DNA of 64,000 bases from NCBI GenBank assembly GCA_018829965.1, contig JAHJTG010000016.1, forward strand, positions 29,537 to 93,536, read 5' to 3'. Made by a program: the position numbers and the translations under genes. Shown here in pieces: positions 38,786 to 48,779 of the stretch. The notes under the pieces were generated by a model that did no database searches, was not told where the DNA came from, and saw nothing but the letters and a program-made list of their open reading frames with translations. Origin of the DNA: Patescibacteria group bacterium (GTDB lineage Bacteria > Patescibacteriota > Minisyncoccia > Minisyncoccales > Staskawiczbacteraceae). Each line of letters opens with the position of its first letter. The stretch's first letter is position 1.

Positions 38786-39607
38786 TTAATTAATTTTCGC
38801 TTCTATCTGTAATCGATTAATCGCTATATCGCAATATTCTTTATCAATATCAACACCAATACTTTTTCTATTATGTGAATATGAGGCGATCAAAGTTGAA
38901 CCGCTTCCTAAAAAGGGATCTAAAACCGTATCACCTATAAAAGAAAATAATTTTATACATCTTCTTGGTAGCTCAACAGGAAATGGCGCAGGATGGCCAC
39001 CTGCTCCTTTTTTACTTTGACCATTAAATGTCCAAACACCATTTGTCCAATCCATAAACTCTTGCTTTGTAATATCATTTTTTCTACTACTTCCAGTTTT
39101 TTTCCAACTATCTTTATATAAAACTAAGATCAATTCTACTGGAGCAATAACATATGGAGCAGAAGCCGACATAAACGAACCCCAAGCAGTACGACGAGAT
39201 ATATTCCCCTCGTTCCAAATTATTGTTGAGTGATATTTCCAGCCAACATCCTTTGCGATTTTTGTAATATCTGCACCAACTGATTTTTGGCCACCTTTAT
39301 TTTTATCAAGCGGAATATTTAATAAAAAGCGCCCTTCATTTTTTGCTAAATCAAAACATTTTTTAATCCATTTTTGGGTAAATTCTAAATAATCTTCATA
39401 AGTCAAATTATCGGCATGAGAATTATAATGAATATCAACATTATAGGGCGGAGAAGTAACTATCAAATCAACTGAATTTTTTGGAATAGCTGTAATCTTC
39501 AAAATATCGTCTTTATAAATCAGAAGATTATCCCTTTCAAAATAGGGTTTTTGAGATTGCACATTATTAATATTTTTATTTTCTTCTATTATCGTTGTAT
39601 TTATCAT
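38786..39607 (-). CDS. site-specific DNA methyltransferase (N4-C/N6-A, beta class)
   Basis: TSPPY precedes HPAPFP and DPFLGSGST. Confidence 0.93.
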   Translation of the reverse strand: MINTTIIEENKNINNVQSQKPYFERDNLLIYKDDILKITAIPKNSVDLIVTSPPYNVDIHYNSHADNLTYEDYLEFTQKWIKKCFDLAKNEGRFLLNIPLDKNKGGQKSVGADITKIAKDVGWKYHSTIIWNEGNISRRTAWGSFMSASAPYVIAPVELILVLYKDSWKKTGSSRKNDITKQEFMDWTNGVWTFNGQSKKGAGGHPAPFPVELPRRCIKLFSFIGDTVLDPFLGSGSTLIASYSHNRKSIGVDIDKEYCDIAINRLQIEAKIN

Positions 39608-39726
39608 TTAATTGATGTTTTGTAAAATGTTAGATTCTTTTCGCTTATTTTCTTTTTTGCCATATAATTTTTGAAATTTTATATTGCGGGCTTGCCTCGC
39701 CGAAGGTCGCTTAAGGTGACCGAAGG

Positions 39727-39797
39727 CGGGTCCGCCTGGACTCGAACCAGGAACAGTGGTTTTGGAGACCACAATTATACCATTTAACTACGGACCC
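39727..39797 (-). tRNA. tRNA-Trp(CCA)
   Basis: GGGTCCG acceptor stem, GTGGT-CTCCAAA-ACCAC anticodon arm, GGTTCGAGTCC. Confidence 0.95.
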
Positions 39798-39817
39798 ATA
39801 TATGGCAAGGCAGGCGG

Positions 39818-39852
39818 GGAGATTCCTATGATAGCCATTTCACCACACCCCC
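39818..39852 (-). pseudogene. tRNA 5'-half remnant (Trp-like)
   Basis: GGGGGTG-TG-GTGA-AATGGCTA-TCAT-A-GGAAT-CTCC, with no 3' half. Confidence 0.5.
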
Positions 39853-39856
39853 ATTT

Positions 39857-40198
39857 CTATTTTTCATTCCAATCGTTTCTTTTATCTTTTCTACACCCCT
39901 TGTAAGAAAAACCCTTCGGGTGTCTTTTCTTTAACTTATTTATATTCTCTTTCAATACATCATTTAAATTCCAACCGTAAAAATTACAAATCATTGCAAT
40001 ATACCACATAGTATCGCCTAAGTTTTCTCTTATCCCGTTCTTCTGGTCGTCATTCTGAGAATATGTCTTTTTTATACAACCGGCCACATCTCCGGCTTCT
40101 CCAGAAATGCCCAAACCCCAAGTCATTATTTCCTTTTCCTTATCTTTAAACTTTTTTGACGTTGTTTTACAAAGCTTTTGATAATCTTTTAGATTCAT
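39857..40198 (-). CDS. MazG-like nucleotide pyrophosphohydrolase
   Basis: LGISGEAGDV...ENLGDTMWY...ENINKLKKRHP. Confidence 0.85.
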   Translation of the reverse strand: MNLKDYQKLCKTTSKKFKDKEKEIMTWGLGISGEAGDVAGCIKKTYSQNDDQKNGIRENLGDTMWYIAMICNFYGWNLNDVLKENINKLKKRHPKGFSYKGCRKDKRNDWNEK

Positions 40199-40256
40199 AT
40201 TTTAAAATTATCGTTTTTCTTCCTTGTGTAGTGTATGTTTCAAATGGGTAGTAACC

Positions 40257-40832
40257 TTATAAAATCTTTTTTTCTTTGAACCTTTCTATATCTTCTAGCA
40301 GCAAAAGCCTTGAGATAGTTGCGTATTTCTGCATCCCTAAAGACGGAGCATGAGCAAAGCCGACATATTCAATTTTTTTCTCTTTATATTTTATATAACA
40401 AATAGCGGGTATCAAATCGGTATCGGAACTTATTAAAACAGCCGTATCATATATATTATCAACCGCTCCTACTATCAAGTCGACTGCGATTTTAACATCT
40501 GTGCCCTTCTCTTTGTACATTTTTCCAATAGGCATAATCCTGCCACGTTTTATTGTAAAGCCATCTTTTTCAAGATTAGTAAAAAACTTTTGCTGTCCAT
40601 AAACTAACTGTTGGCTTTTTTCTGTCTTGTCTGTATTCCTGAAAACGCCTGTATAATATCTTTTTGAAACACATATTCTTTCTCCGACTAAAAAATCTAT
40701 CATACCCTTAAAGCTAAACTTAACGCCAGCAGGATAATTTATCTCTTTATCTTTTAAGTAACCGTAAAAATTGCTTCCATCTATGTAAATAGCGACTCTT
40801 TCTTTACCCTTTTTATTTATTTGATTATCCAT
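40257..40832 (-). CDS. NYN-domain (LabA/DUF88) protein
   Basis: IYIDGSNF, KEKGTDVKIAVD, LISSDTDLIP. Confidence 0.9.
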   Translation of the reverse strand: MDNQINKKGKERVAIYIDGSNFYGYLKDKEINYPAGVKFSFKGMIDFLVGERICVSKRYYTGVFRNTDKTEKSQQLVYGQQKFFTNLEKDGFTIKRGRIMPIGKMYKEKGTDVKIAVDLIVGAVDNIYDTAVLISSDTDLIPAICYIKYKEKKIEYVGFAHAPSLGMQKYATISRLLLLEDIERFKEKKIL

Positions 40833-41026
40833 ATGGCATAATTATACTACTGATTATAATAAAAAACTACCCTTGCCGAAGCAGGGGTAGTGTTCATATT
40901 AGATTTATCATACTCCCGTATAATTCATTGTCAATACCCTCGTAATAATCTAAAGCTTTTTTTTGTCGCACCCTCCTTCGCCCTAAACCCTGCGGGGTCG
41001 GGCTTCGGACGGGCAAAGCAATAAAA

Positions 41027-41188
41027 TTATCTTTTTCCTTCCTTGTGCAGAGTATGTTTTCTGCATCTCTTGCAGAATTTTTTCATTTCTAATTTCTTTT
41101 CAGCTGCTTTCTTTGATTTTTTTGTAAAGTAATTTATCTCCTTACAAACAGTACATAGAATCTTTGAAGCTTGTTTTTTCTTTGCCAT
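41027..41188 (-). CDS. rpmG: 50S ribosomal protein L33 (zinc-binding type)
   Basis: Manual translation: MAKKKQASKILCTVCKEINYFTKKSKKAAEKKLEMKKFCKRCRKHTLHKEGKR. Confidence 0.95.
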   Translation of the reverse strand: MAKKKQASKILCTVCKEINYFTKKSKKAAEKKLEMKKFCKRCRKHTLHKEGKR

Positions 41189-41272
41189 ATTTATGAGCGA
41201 GGAAAGAATAAAAATTAATTTTTATTCTGACCGAGCGATTAAATATATAGGCGATTTATCGCCTCTATAATT
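41189..41272. repeat. family C element directly upstream of rpmG
   Basis: ATGAGCGAGGAAAGAAT...ATTCTGACCGAGCGATTAAATATATAGGCGATTTATCGCCTCTATAATT. Confidence 0.8.
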
Positions 41273-41288
41273 TTAAATAATTTTAATC

Positions 41289-41547
<259 letters not shown>

Positions 41548-41557
<10 letters not shown>

Positions 41558-42138
41558 AATAAATTAACTAATATATTTCTTAATTTTGTATTAGCGTAGT
41601 AAACCGTTAAAACGCCGTACTTACTTTTATTCCTATAATTTCCTAATTTCCCTGTAATAGTTATTGTCGGCTTATAAAATTGTTCTTTTTTTATTTTTAA
41701 TTCTCTCGTCCAATAATTATACGCCTCATTTAAGTTAATATCTGAAAATGTGTGTAAGTGAAACTTTAAATCTTTTTTATCTATATTGAAGAATATAACG
41801 AGAAATTTAATAAATTTTCTCAATAAAGATGCGTCGGAATTTCCTAACTTAACTGTGTTTTTATTTGCCTTATTACCTTCGCCCCAATACAATCCGATCC
41901 CCAATCCGAATAATTTAGCCTCTTCCATATTTTTTGGCGGAATAAACTTAAAAGGATCTCCTTTGGGATGATTTTTTACGTAGATAGCCTCACTTATCGT
42001 CCTTTTAGAAATACAATATTTTTTAAGCCAATAATTTATTCCTCGCTCAGAACATTTGAATATTTCTGCAATTTCTGCTGTAGATTTTTTATTCTTTATA
42101 TATAATTCTTTAAGTTTTCCTTGCGTTAAATTTTTCAT
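41548..42138 (-). CDS. HTH plus LAGLIDADG-like homing endonuclease family protein
   Basis: N-terminal HTH (STAEIAEIFKCSERGINYWL), GLYWGEG motif, NSDASLL; stop codon lies inside tRNA-Thr. Confidence 0.7.
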
Positions 42139-42227
42139 AATAACAATATATATTTATTATAAACTATTGTTATTATATGTTCAATCTATTCCTCACCAAA
42201 TATATAGTCTACCATGAAGTTGAATTG

Positions 42228-42310
42228 TGGGCGCGGCAGGACTTGCACCTGCGAAGGTCAGGGACCGTCAGATTTACAGTCTGATGCCTTTGCTGCTCAG
42301 CCACACGCCC
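42228..42310 (-). tRNA. tRNA-Tyr(GTA)
   Basis: TCAGA-CTGTAAA-TCTGA anticodon arm, long variable arm, GGGCGTG/CGCGCCC acceptor stem. Confidence 0.92.
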
Positions 42311-42341
42311 GTAATTTCTTTTGTATTCTAACACAGAATAC

Positions 42342-43043
42342 TTAATTTTCAATGATTTTTCTGTTCTTCTCTCTCCACTCTTTAATTTTTTTATGATCTC
42401 CGGAAGTTAACACTTCAGGAACCCGCCATTTTTTAAAAACTTCCGGCCTAGTATATTGAGCGTATTCTATAAATCCCCCACTCTTTGTAATCCGTTCTTT
42501 TAATAATTTTTTCTTGCCAATAACTTTTGGGACTAACCTTGATATAGTTTCGACAACAATCATTGCCGGCAACTCTCCGCCCATTAAATCGTAATCCCCT
42601 ATTGATAATTCTAAATCTGCGATATTTTTAGCTACTCTTTCATCAACTCCTTCGTATCTTCCGCAAATCATAATTATTCTTTTTGATTTTGAAAGTTGAT
42701 GCGCTATCTTTTGATTAAACTTTTGTCCCCTTGGAGTAAATAATATCACCTTCGTTTTTGAATTTTTGGCTTTGAATTTTGGGCTTGTTTGGGATTTGGG
42801 ATTTGGGATTTGGGATTTCTTTAAATCTGCCACAGCTTTAAATATTGGCTCTACTTTCATTACCATGCCTAACCCACCTCCAAAAGGCTTATCGTCAACT
42901 GTTTTATGCTTACCATCTGCCCAATCTCTTAAATTGTGGATATTAACAGAAATCAGCTTATTTTTTATAGCTTTCCCGATAAGGGATTCTTTAAAATAGC
43001 TTTTGAAGATATCCGGAAAAATAGTGATGATATCGAATTTCAT
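42342..43043 (-). CDS. trmD: tRNA (m1G37) methyltransferase
   Basis: VDDKPFGGGLGMV, CGRYEGVDER, SIGDYDLMGGE, QYTRP. Confidence 0.97.
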   Translation of the reverse strand: MKFDIITIFPDIFKSYFKESLIGKAIKNKLISVNIHNLRDWADGKHKTVDDKPFGGGLGMVMKVEPIFKAVADLKKSQIPNPKSQTSPKFKAKNSKTKVILFTPRGQKFNQKIAHQLSKSKRIIMICGRYEGVDERVAKNIADLELSIGDYDLMGGELPAMIVVETISRLVPKVIGKKKLLKERITKSGGFIEYAQYTRPEVFKKWRVPEVLTSGDHKKIKEWREKNRKIIEN

Positions 43044-43180
43044 ATTTGCTTCGCAAATCGCTGATTAATGCGGATTTTAACTGATTTATACTGATAACAT
43101 ATCCGTATAAATCCGCGGTTTATAAAAACGAAAACGGCACCACCTTAATGATAGCACCGTTCCCGAAAATCTGTAAATTA

Positions 43181-43498
43181 TTACAGAGAAAGATTATCTA
43201 TTTCTTCTGAAGGTTTCTTTTCTTCAGTTGCTCTTGGAGCGCGACCACCTTCTGGCTCTTCAATCTTTAGATTGACACGAGCGTGGTTCTTTAGACCAAC
43301 TATTCTAACCAAGTTTCTAATTGCCTTGGCAGTTGCTCCTTCGCGACCAATAATTTGACCCATATCCTCTGGGTTTACTTTTAAAGAAAGCAGAACTCCC
43401 ATTTCATCAACTTTTCTATCAACCTCTACGTCTTTTGGATTGTCAACTAATGCTTTTATTAAAAATTCAAGAAATTCTTTATCAAGTTCTTTTGCCAT
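43181..43498 (-). CDS. khpA: KH-domain RNA-binding protein (KhpA/YlqC)
   Basis: EDMGQIIGREGATAKAIR; rpsP-khpA-trmD order. Confidence 0.9.
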   Translation of the reverse strand: MAKELDKEFLEFLIKALVDNPKDVEVDRKVDEMGVLLSLKVNPEDMGQIIGREGATAKAIRNLVRIVGLKNHARVNLKIEEPEGGRAPRATEEKKPSEEIDNLSL

Positions 43499-43677
43499 AT
43501 TTTATCAATAAGTGAATAATACTAATAATTATCTTACAGTAGCCCTCGTTTTTTGGACGAGGTTCACCTTTTAGGGCGCGACCTTTGCTGAGATTCTCCA
43601 TTACTAACAAACAAGAGAATCAGAATTCTTTATAGCTACTGTTTTATATTTTACTCTTTTTTAAAAGGATGTCAAAT

Positions 43678-44223
43678 TTATTGTGGAACACCCGGTGTTC
43701 CGTCAACACTTGTTCCACCAACACCGGGTGTTGATTTTGCCTCTTCTTTTGCCTTTACTTCTTCCTTCTTAGATTCCTCTTTCTTCTCTACTACAACCTC
43801 TGGCTTTGCTTCTTCTTTCTTTTCTTCTTTCTTTGGTTCTTCCTTTGGTGTTTCTACGGCTGGAGTTACCGGTGCTATTGGTGTTATAGTCGCTTCTACA
43901 ACTGGTGCTATTGGGGCTGGTGCTGTCGGGGCTGCCGCCACTCCTTCTTTCTTCTTGCTTTTAACGTGAGTTGCTATTTTTTTACCTTCTATTACTTTTT
44001 CTCTTATTAAAAGGTTATGGATACTGACTGATGGCTGCGCGCCTTTTGAAATCCAATATTTTATTCGAGCGTTTTTTAAAGTCTTCTTTTTAGTAAAAGG
44101 ATTATATGTACCTAAAATCTCAACGCAGTCCCCAGCGCAAGAAGATTTTCTTTTATCAACAACTACAATCCTATAAGACGGCTGATTCTTTTTTCCTATT
44201 CTTGTGAATCTTATAACTAGCAT
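43678..44223 (-). CDS. rpsP: 30S ribosomal protein S16 with a long low-complexity C-terminal tail
   Basis: IRFTRIGKKNQPSYRIVV, LGTYNP, WISKGAQPS. Confidence 0.96.
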   Translation of the reverse strand: MLVIRFTRIGKKNQPSYRIVVVDKRKSSCAGDCVEILGTYNPFTKKKTLKNARIKYWISKGAQPSVSIHNLLIREKVIEGKKIATHVKSKKKEGVAAAPTAPAPIAPVVEATITPIAPVTPAVETPKEEPKKEEKKEEAKPEVVVEKKEESKKEEVKAKEEAKSTPGVGGTSVDGTPGVPQ

Positions 44224-44286
44224 AATATATTAATTTTAAATTTTAAATTTTAAATTTTTAAATAATTTCTTAATGATTCAACTCCT

Positions 44287-44424
44287 AAACTGTCTAACGA
44301 GGCAATAATGTATGCGGGTGCACTTCGGAGGTCGCCTAAGGCGACCGAGAAATAGGCGCGGCGGAGAAATAAATTTGTTTTTACTTAAGCCGACGCCGTG
44401 CTCCCGCATATATTATTGCCGAGC
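44287..44424. repeat. family B element after the rnc stop
   Basis: Near-identical to 27033-27201. Confidence 0.8.
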
Positions 44425-44427
44425 AAA

Positions 44428-45117
44428 TCACCAGGATTTTTTAACTAAAGCGTTTTTTGCCGCTGATTCTTCTGCCTCTTGTTTTGAAGAACCTTCGCCC
44501 TCTGCAATTGGTTCATCTTTTAAAAATACTCCGACCACGAAGCTTTTTGAATGGTCTGGCCCCCACTCTTTAGCTACCCTATAAACAGGGGTAATGCCAG
44601 CTCTTTCTTGGGCTTCTTCCTGAAAACGGGATTTTGAATCTTTAAAAAGGTTGTTTTCTATAATATTGGGCAATTTTACAATTAAATGTTTTTTTAAAAA
44701 CTTATCACAAACCTCATAACCGGAATCAAGATACATAGCGCCCATTAAGGATTCAAAAGTGTTTGCCAAAATATATTGTTTTGCTTTTCCGTCCTCTTTT
44801 GCCTCTCCTTTGGATAATAATAAAAATTCTCCTAAATCTAATTCTTGGGCTGTTTGAGCCAACATTTTGGCATTTACCAATGATGCCCTCCAATTAGTTA
44901 AATCCCCTTCTGGTTTTGAGGGATATTCATGATATAGATACTGGCTAATAACAAGCTCTATTACCGCATCGCCTAAAAACTCTAACCTTTCATTGTGGCT
45001 TAAATTAAAATCAGGATTTTCGTTTAAATAAGACCTATGAACAAAGGCCTGCGTTAAAAGGTCTTTATTTTTAAATTTTATATTTAATTTCTTTTCAAAA
45101 TCAGAAAATTCTTTCAT
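44428..45117 (-). CDS. rnc: ribonuclease III
   Basis: HNERLEFLGDAV signature plus dsRBD. Confidence 0.97.
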   Translation of the reverse strand: MKEFSDFEKKLNIKFKNKDLLTQAFVHRSYLNENPDFNLSHNERLEFLGDAVIELVISQYLYHEYPSKPEGDLTNWRASLVNAKMLAQTAQELDLGEFLLLSKGEAKEDGKAKQYILANTFESLMGAMYLDSGYEVCDKFLKKHLIVKLPNIIENNLFKDSKSRFQEEAQERAGITPVYRVAKEWGPDHSKSFVVGVFLKDEPIAEGEGSSKQEAEESAAKNALVKKSW

Positions 45118-45125
45118 TATCTTCT

Positions 45126-45186
45126 TACGAATTACGAATATTTTCGAATTACGAATTCGTAATTCGGTGACATTCGTAATTCGTAG
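45126..45186. repeat. TTACGAA/TTCGTAA heptamer inverted repeat; second copy at 45627-45687, so the pair flanks nusB
   Basis: TTACGAATTACGAAT...ATTCGTAATTCGTA. Confidence 0.7.
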
Positions 45187-45192
45187 GGTTAT

Positions 45193-45621
45193 TTATTCTT
45201 CTATTCCAATTTCTTTGTAAACCGTACCCAACACTCCATTGATAAATTTGCCGGAACTTTCTCCGCCAAATGTTTTTGCAAGTTCAATGGCTTCATTTAT
45301 AGCAACTTTCGGAGGAACTTCTTTTTTATCGCTGTAAATCAACTCATAAAGGCCTATTCTCAAAACATTTCTATCAATAAGAGATATCTGCAAAATTGGC
45401 CACTCTGGAGCTGCTTTTTCAATAATATTATCCAGTTTCTTTAAATGCTTTGTCGCGCCTTCTATTAAGTCCCAAACAAATTTAGTATCTTCAAGGCCCG
45501 GTCCAAAATTTTGAATATTTCTTTCCACGATTTTATCCAAAGTGTTTTTCTTTTGGCCATAAAAATCCCATTCATATAAGCTCTGCATTGCGATTGAACG
45601 TGATAAATGTCTACTAGCCAT
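45193..45621 (-). CDS. nusB: transcription antitermination factor NusB
   Basis: [41 protein letters not shown]. Confidence 0.96.
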   Translation of the reverse strand: MASRHLSRSIAMQSLYEWDFYGQKKNTLDKIVERNIQNFGPGLEDTKFVWDLIEGATKHLKKLDNIIEKAAPEWPILQISLIDRNVLRIGLYELIYSDKKEVPPKVAINEAIELAKTFGGESSGKFINGVLGTVYKEIGIEE

Positions 45622-45692
45622 TTTTCTTACGAATTACATATTAAACCGAATTACGAATTCGTAATTCGAAAGTATTCGTAATTCGTAGGATA

Positions 45693-45977
45693 TTATTTCT
45701 TTGATAGTCCTTCCATGGTCATTGGCTTGTCTTTCCCTCCCTCTTTCTCTTTGGTTTTCATTTCCTTTTCCCTCTGTTTTCTTTCTTTTTTAGTCAGTTT
45801 CCCTAAAATATCAACCACTTCTTTATTGTTATAAAATCCGCAATACTTGCAAACTATATGCGGTTTAAGCGGTTTTTTACATTTCGAACACAACATTAAA
45901 ATAGGCGCCTTTAAAAAAAGGTGCATTCTCCTTTGATCCCGTCTTGAGCTTGTTTTTCGTCTTTTTGGTACGGCCAT
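45693..45977 (-). CDS. rpmF: 50S ribosomal protein L32
   Basis: MAVPKRRKTSSRRDQRR, CSKC...CKYCGFY. Confidence 0.95.
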   Translation of the reverse strand: MAVPKRRKTSSRRDQRRMHLFLKAPILMLCSKCKKPLKPHIVCKYCGFYNNKEVVDILGKLTKKERKQREKEMKTKEKEGGKDKPMTMEGLSKK

Positions 45978-46081
45978 TCTTTTTAGATTTTAGGATTTAG
46001 GATTTAGGGTTTAGTAAGTTGACTAAACGCTGAACGCTAAACGCTAATTTTTAGTTTACCAAATAATTTAATTCTTAGCAA

Positions 46082-46188
46082 GCTCCGTTAGAAGTTTGCG
46101 ATTGTATAAATTAATGGCAAAATTCCAACTGGAATTTTGCCATTAATTTTTTATAATTATTTTTGCAGTGGCAAACTTCTAACGGGGT
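46082..46188. mobile_element. family A MITE-like element
   Basis: GCTCCGTTAGAAGTTTGC...GCAAACTTCTAACGGGGT, AA on both flanks. Confidence 0.7.
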
Positions 46189-46251
46189 AAGTTTTATAGC
46201 CCAAATAATATGATATAATAAGAAAATATTATTTTCTAAAAAGATAATACG

Positions 46252-48693
46252 ATGTTCAAGATTTCTAGCGTCATTAAAAAAAATTTAGCAAAATACGGCA
46301 TTTGGATAATTTTTTCGATTTTTATCTTAACAACTTTTAGTTTCTTTTGCGATAAAACATTTGATAATCAAGAAATAGATTATTTAAGGATTTCTCAGAG
46401 GAGTGTTGAAAAGATTATCTTTGATAATTATGGAGATCAAATGCCTTTTTGGTTTTTATTGGTAAAATTTTATACTGGGGTATTCGGTAAATCTGAAATT
46501 TCTCTTAAGATATTATCAATCAGCATATTTCTTTTGTCGGCTTTTGTTTTATATAAAATCTGCGAAATTTACGGTTTAAATAAACATTTAACTACCAGCT
46601 TGTTTTTATTCAATCCTTTGTTATTAAGGGAAATCGCTTTCACCTTCAAGCACTGGTCATTTCTAGTTTTAACGGCTCTCTCGGCTCTTTATTTTTTTGA
46701 AAAATTTAAGAGCACTAAAAGTAAAAAATATCTTTTTCTTTTATTCTCAATAATTATTGCAGGAATTTATTCAAATCTTATTTTTTTAATTTTTCTCTGT
46801 GCTTTTACAATTTACATATTAGCGAACTTAATATCAAAACAGATTTCTTTTAAGATTTTCGCACTTTTTCTAATTATATGCGCATTTTCTACCTTACCGT
46901 TTCTTTATTATTACGAAAAAGCCGCACACCAATTAATTGATGTGCAGGGAAACCACATGGATTGGGGCACATCAACAAGGGGTCTTGATTTTATAAAAGA
47001 ATCTTTAGGCGCTATTGCTGGCGTTAAGTACTTGGATAAACATAATTTGCTTTATAATGGATTTATTTGGCTGATTTTATTACTTATTATTATTCAAATA
47101 ATTCCTTTCAAAAAAATCCGAGAAAATATTAAGCTATCTTATGCAAAACTTTGGTTAGCTTCAACTATTTTTTTTATTTTGATATTTCTAATGTTTTGGA
47201 CATCACGCACGCCAGTAGAATCCAGATATTTCGCCGTAACTGTCCCATTTTTTTGTCTGGCGATTTTCCCGAAATCAAAAAGGCTTTATGCTTTAATAAC
47301 CGTTATTTTACTTTTTTCATTAACTATTTTTTCTTCATGGCAAATGGCTAAAGGTTATCATTTTGATAATTGGAAGGGTGTAACTTCTTTTTTACAACCC
47401 AAAATCAAAGAAAATACCCAAATTTTAATACTCTATAAGTTTAACGTAGGAGATTTACTAATGGAATATTATCTAAAAAAACCTGTAACGCGGCTGTATA
47501 GCTTAGAAAGTGCTTCAATTTTATATTCTGACGATATTTGGGTAGTCAGGCGACACGGTAAATATGACGCAATCTATAAGATAGCCGATGAATATAATAT
47601 AGAAGAATATAAAGAATTTGAACCGATAATACTTTTTCACTTAACGAAAAAATCACCGGAAAAAAACAAAAGTTTAATTTTTAATAACCCTTTGATAGAA
47701 ATAGAAAAAGGTAGAAAAACTCAAAAACTCGAGTTTTTAAACGGCGCAATCAGCGCCTGGAACTGTAAAAAGGATTGGCAGAGAATCCGAATAGATAAAA
47801 TAACTTCTGGTAATAAAGAAAAAGTGTGTCTTTTTACCCACCCGAGAAACAATACGAAAATTAATCTTATTTACAAAGACATTAAACTTAGCAAAAGCAT
47901 TAAATTCTCCTCTGGAATCTCCGATTCTATGGTAATTGGAGATAAAAGCCCGGTTTATATGGATGTCTACATTGATAATGTTTTTATAAAAAGAATTATC
48001 AATCCTGACACAAAAGGATGGCTAACCACAAAAATTGACACTAACCAATACGAAAACAAATCAGCAGATTTAAAACTTGTTGTTTACACCGACTATGACG
48101 AAAAAAGACACTTCTGCTTTGACGCCGAAGTCGTTGACGAAAATGCGCCAAATGATTATTTTTACAACAATATCAAAAAAGCAATAGCCAAAGTAGAAGA
48201 CCAACCCTATAGCATCTATCAAACCGCTTCAATTTGGCCACACAATGAAACTAAACCTCCTTTTTTAGACTCTAAAATTTTTGAACGCTGGGATTGCGAA
48301 GAAAATTTAATAACAAAAAGTAAAATCTGGAACACAATAGGAAAATCTTTTGCTATTTCTGGAAATGAATTTAAAGAAGCTATCTGGTTCCATCCAATAG
48401 CCAATAAGATGAAATCCTTGGAATACAATAATATCAACTTATATGTCGATAAAATTATCGGCTATTACGGAATAAATGATTATGCTCTGCCAAAAACATT
48501 GAATCCGATCCTAACATTTACAATCACGGCTAACGGAGAAAAAATATATGAAGAGAAGTTTAAACCGACGGCTGGCTGGAAAGATTTCGATGTACCGTTT
48601 AATAAAGTTTTAAATAGCATAGTCTTCAGTATCACGACAACAAATGACAGATGGAATCATTTTTTCTTCAATGCCTTTTTGGAAAATAAATAA
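46252..48693 (+). CDS. GT-C-fold membrane glycosyltransferase (PMT_2/ArnT-like) with C-terminal extracellular beta-rich domains
   Basis: DNQEI early loop, QMPFWF, GKSEISLK, about 11 TM helices; two repeated domains with HP motifs (FTHP, WFHP). Confidence 0.7.
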   Translation: MFKISSVIKKNLAKYGIWIIFSIFILTTFSFFCDKTFDNQEIDYLRISQRSVEKIIFDNYGDQMPFWFLLVKFYTGVFGKSEISLKILSISIFLLSAFVLYKICEIYGLNKHLTTSLFLFNPLLLREIAFTFKHWSFLVLTALSALYFFEKFKSTKSKKYLFLLFSIIIAGIYSNLIFLIFLCAFTIYILANLISKQISFKIFALFLIICAFSTLPFLYYYEKAAHQLIDVQGNHMDWGTSTRGLDFIKESLGAIAGVKYLDKHNLLYNGFIWLILLLIIIQIIPFKKIRENIKLSYAKLWLASTIFFILIFLMFWTSRTPVESRYFAVTVPFFCLAIFPKSKRLYALITVILLFSLTIFSSWQMAKGYHFDNWKGVTSFLQPKIKENTQILILYKFNVGDLLMEYYLKKPVTRLYSLESASILYSDDIWVVRRHGKYDAIYKIADEYNIEEYKEFEPIILFHLTKKSPEKNKSLIFNNPLIEIEKGRKTQKLEFLNGAISAWNCKKDWQRIRIDKITSGNKEKVCLFTHPRNNTKINLIYKDIKLSKSIKFSSGISDSMVIGDKSPVYMDVYIDNVFIKRIINPDTKGWLTTKIDTNQYENKSADLKLVVYTDYDEKRHFCFDAEVVDENAPNDYFYNNIKKAIAKVEDQPYSIYQTASIWPHNETKPPFLDSKIFERWDCEENLITKSKIWNTIGKSFAISGNEFKEAIWFHPIANKMKSLEYNNINLYVDKIIGYYGINDYALPKTLNPILTFTITANGEKIYEEKFKPTAGWKDFDVPFNKVLNSIVFSITTTNDRWNHFFFNAFLENK

Positions 48694-48694
48694 T

Positions 48695-48779
48695 CTTATA
48701 GAAATAACTTCGTTATTTATATAATTATTGCATTCGGTCGAAATGAAAATTAATTTTCATTTCTTCCTCATTTATAATT
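48695..48779. repeat. family C element (inverted copy, upstream of a + strand ATG)
   Basis: TTCGGTCGAAATGAAAATTAATTTTCATTTCTTCCTCATTTATAATT then ATG. Confidence 0.65.

Noticed and set aside
39604..39663. 19-codon ORF MAKKKISEK... overlapping the MTase start
   Set aside because: Too short; resemblance to the rpmG start is limited to low-complexity MAKKK
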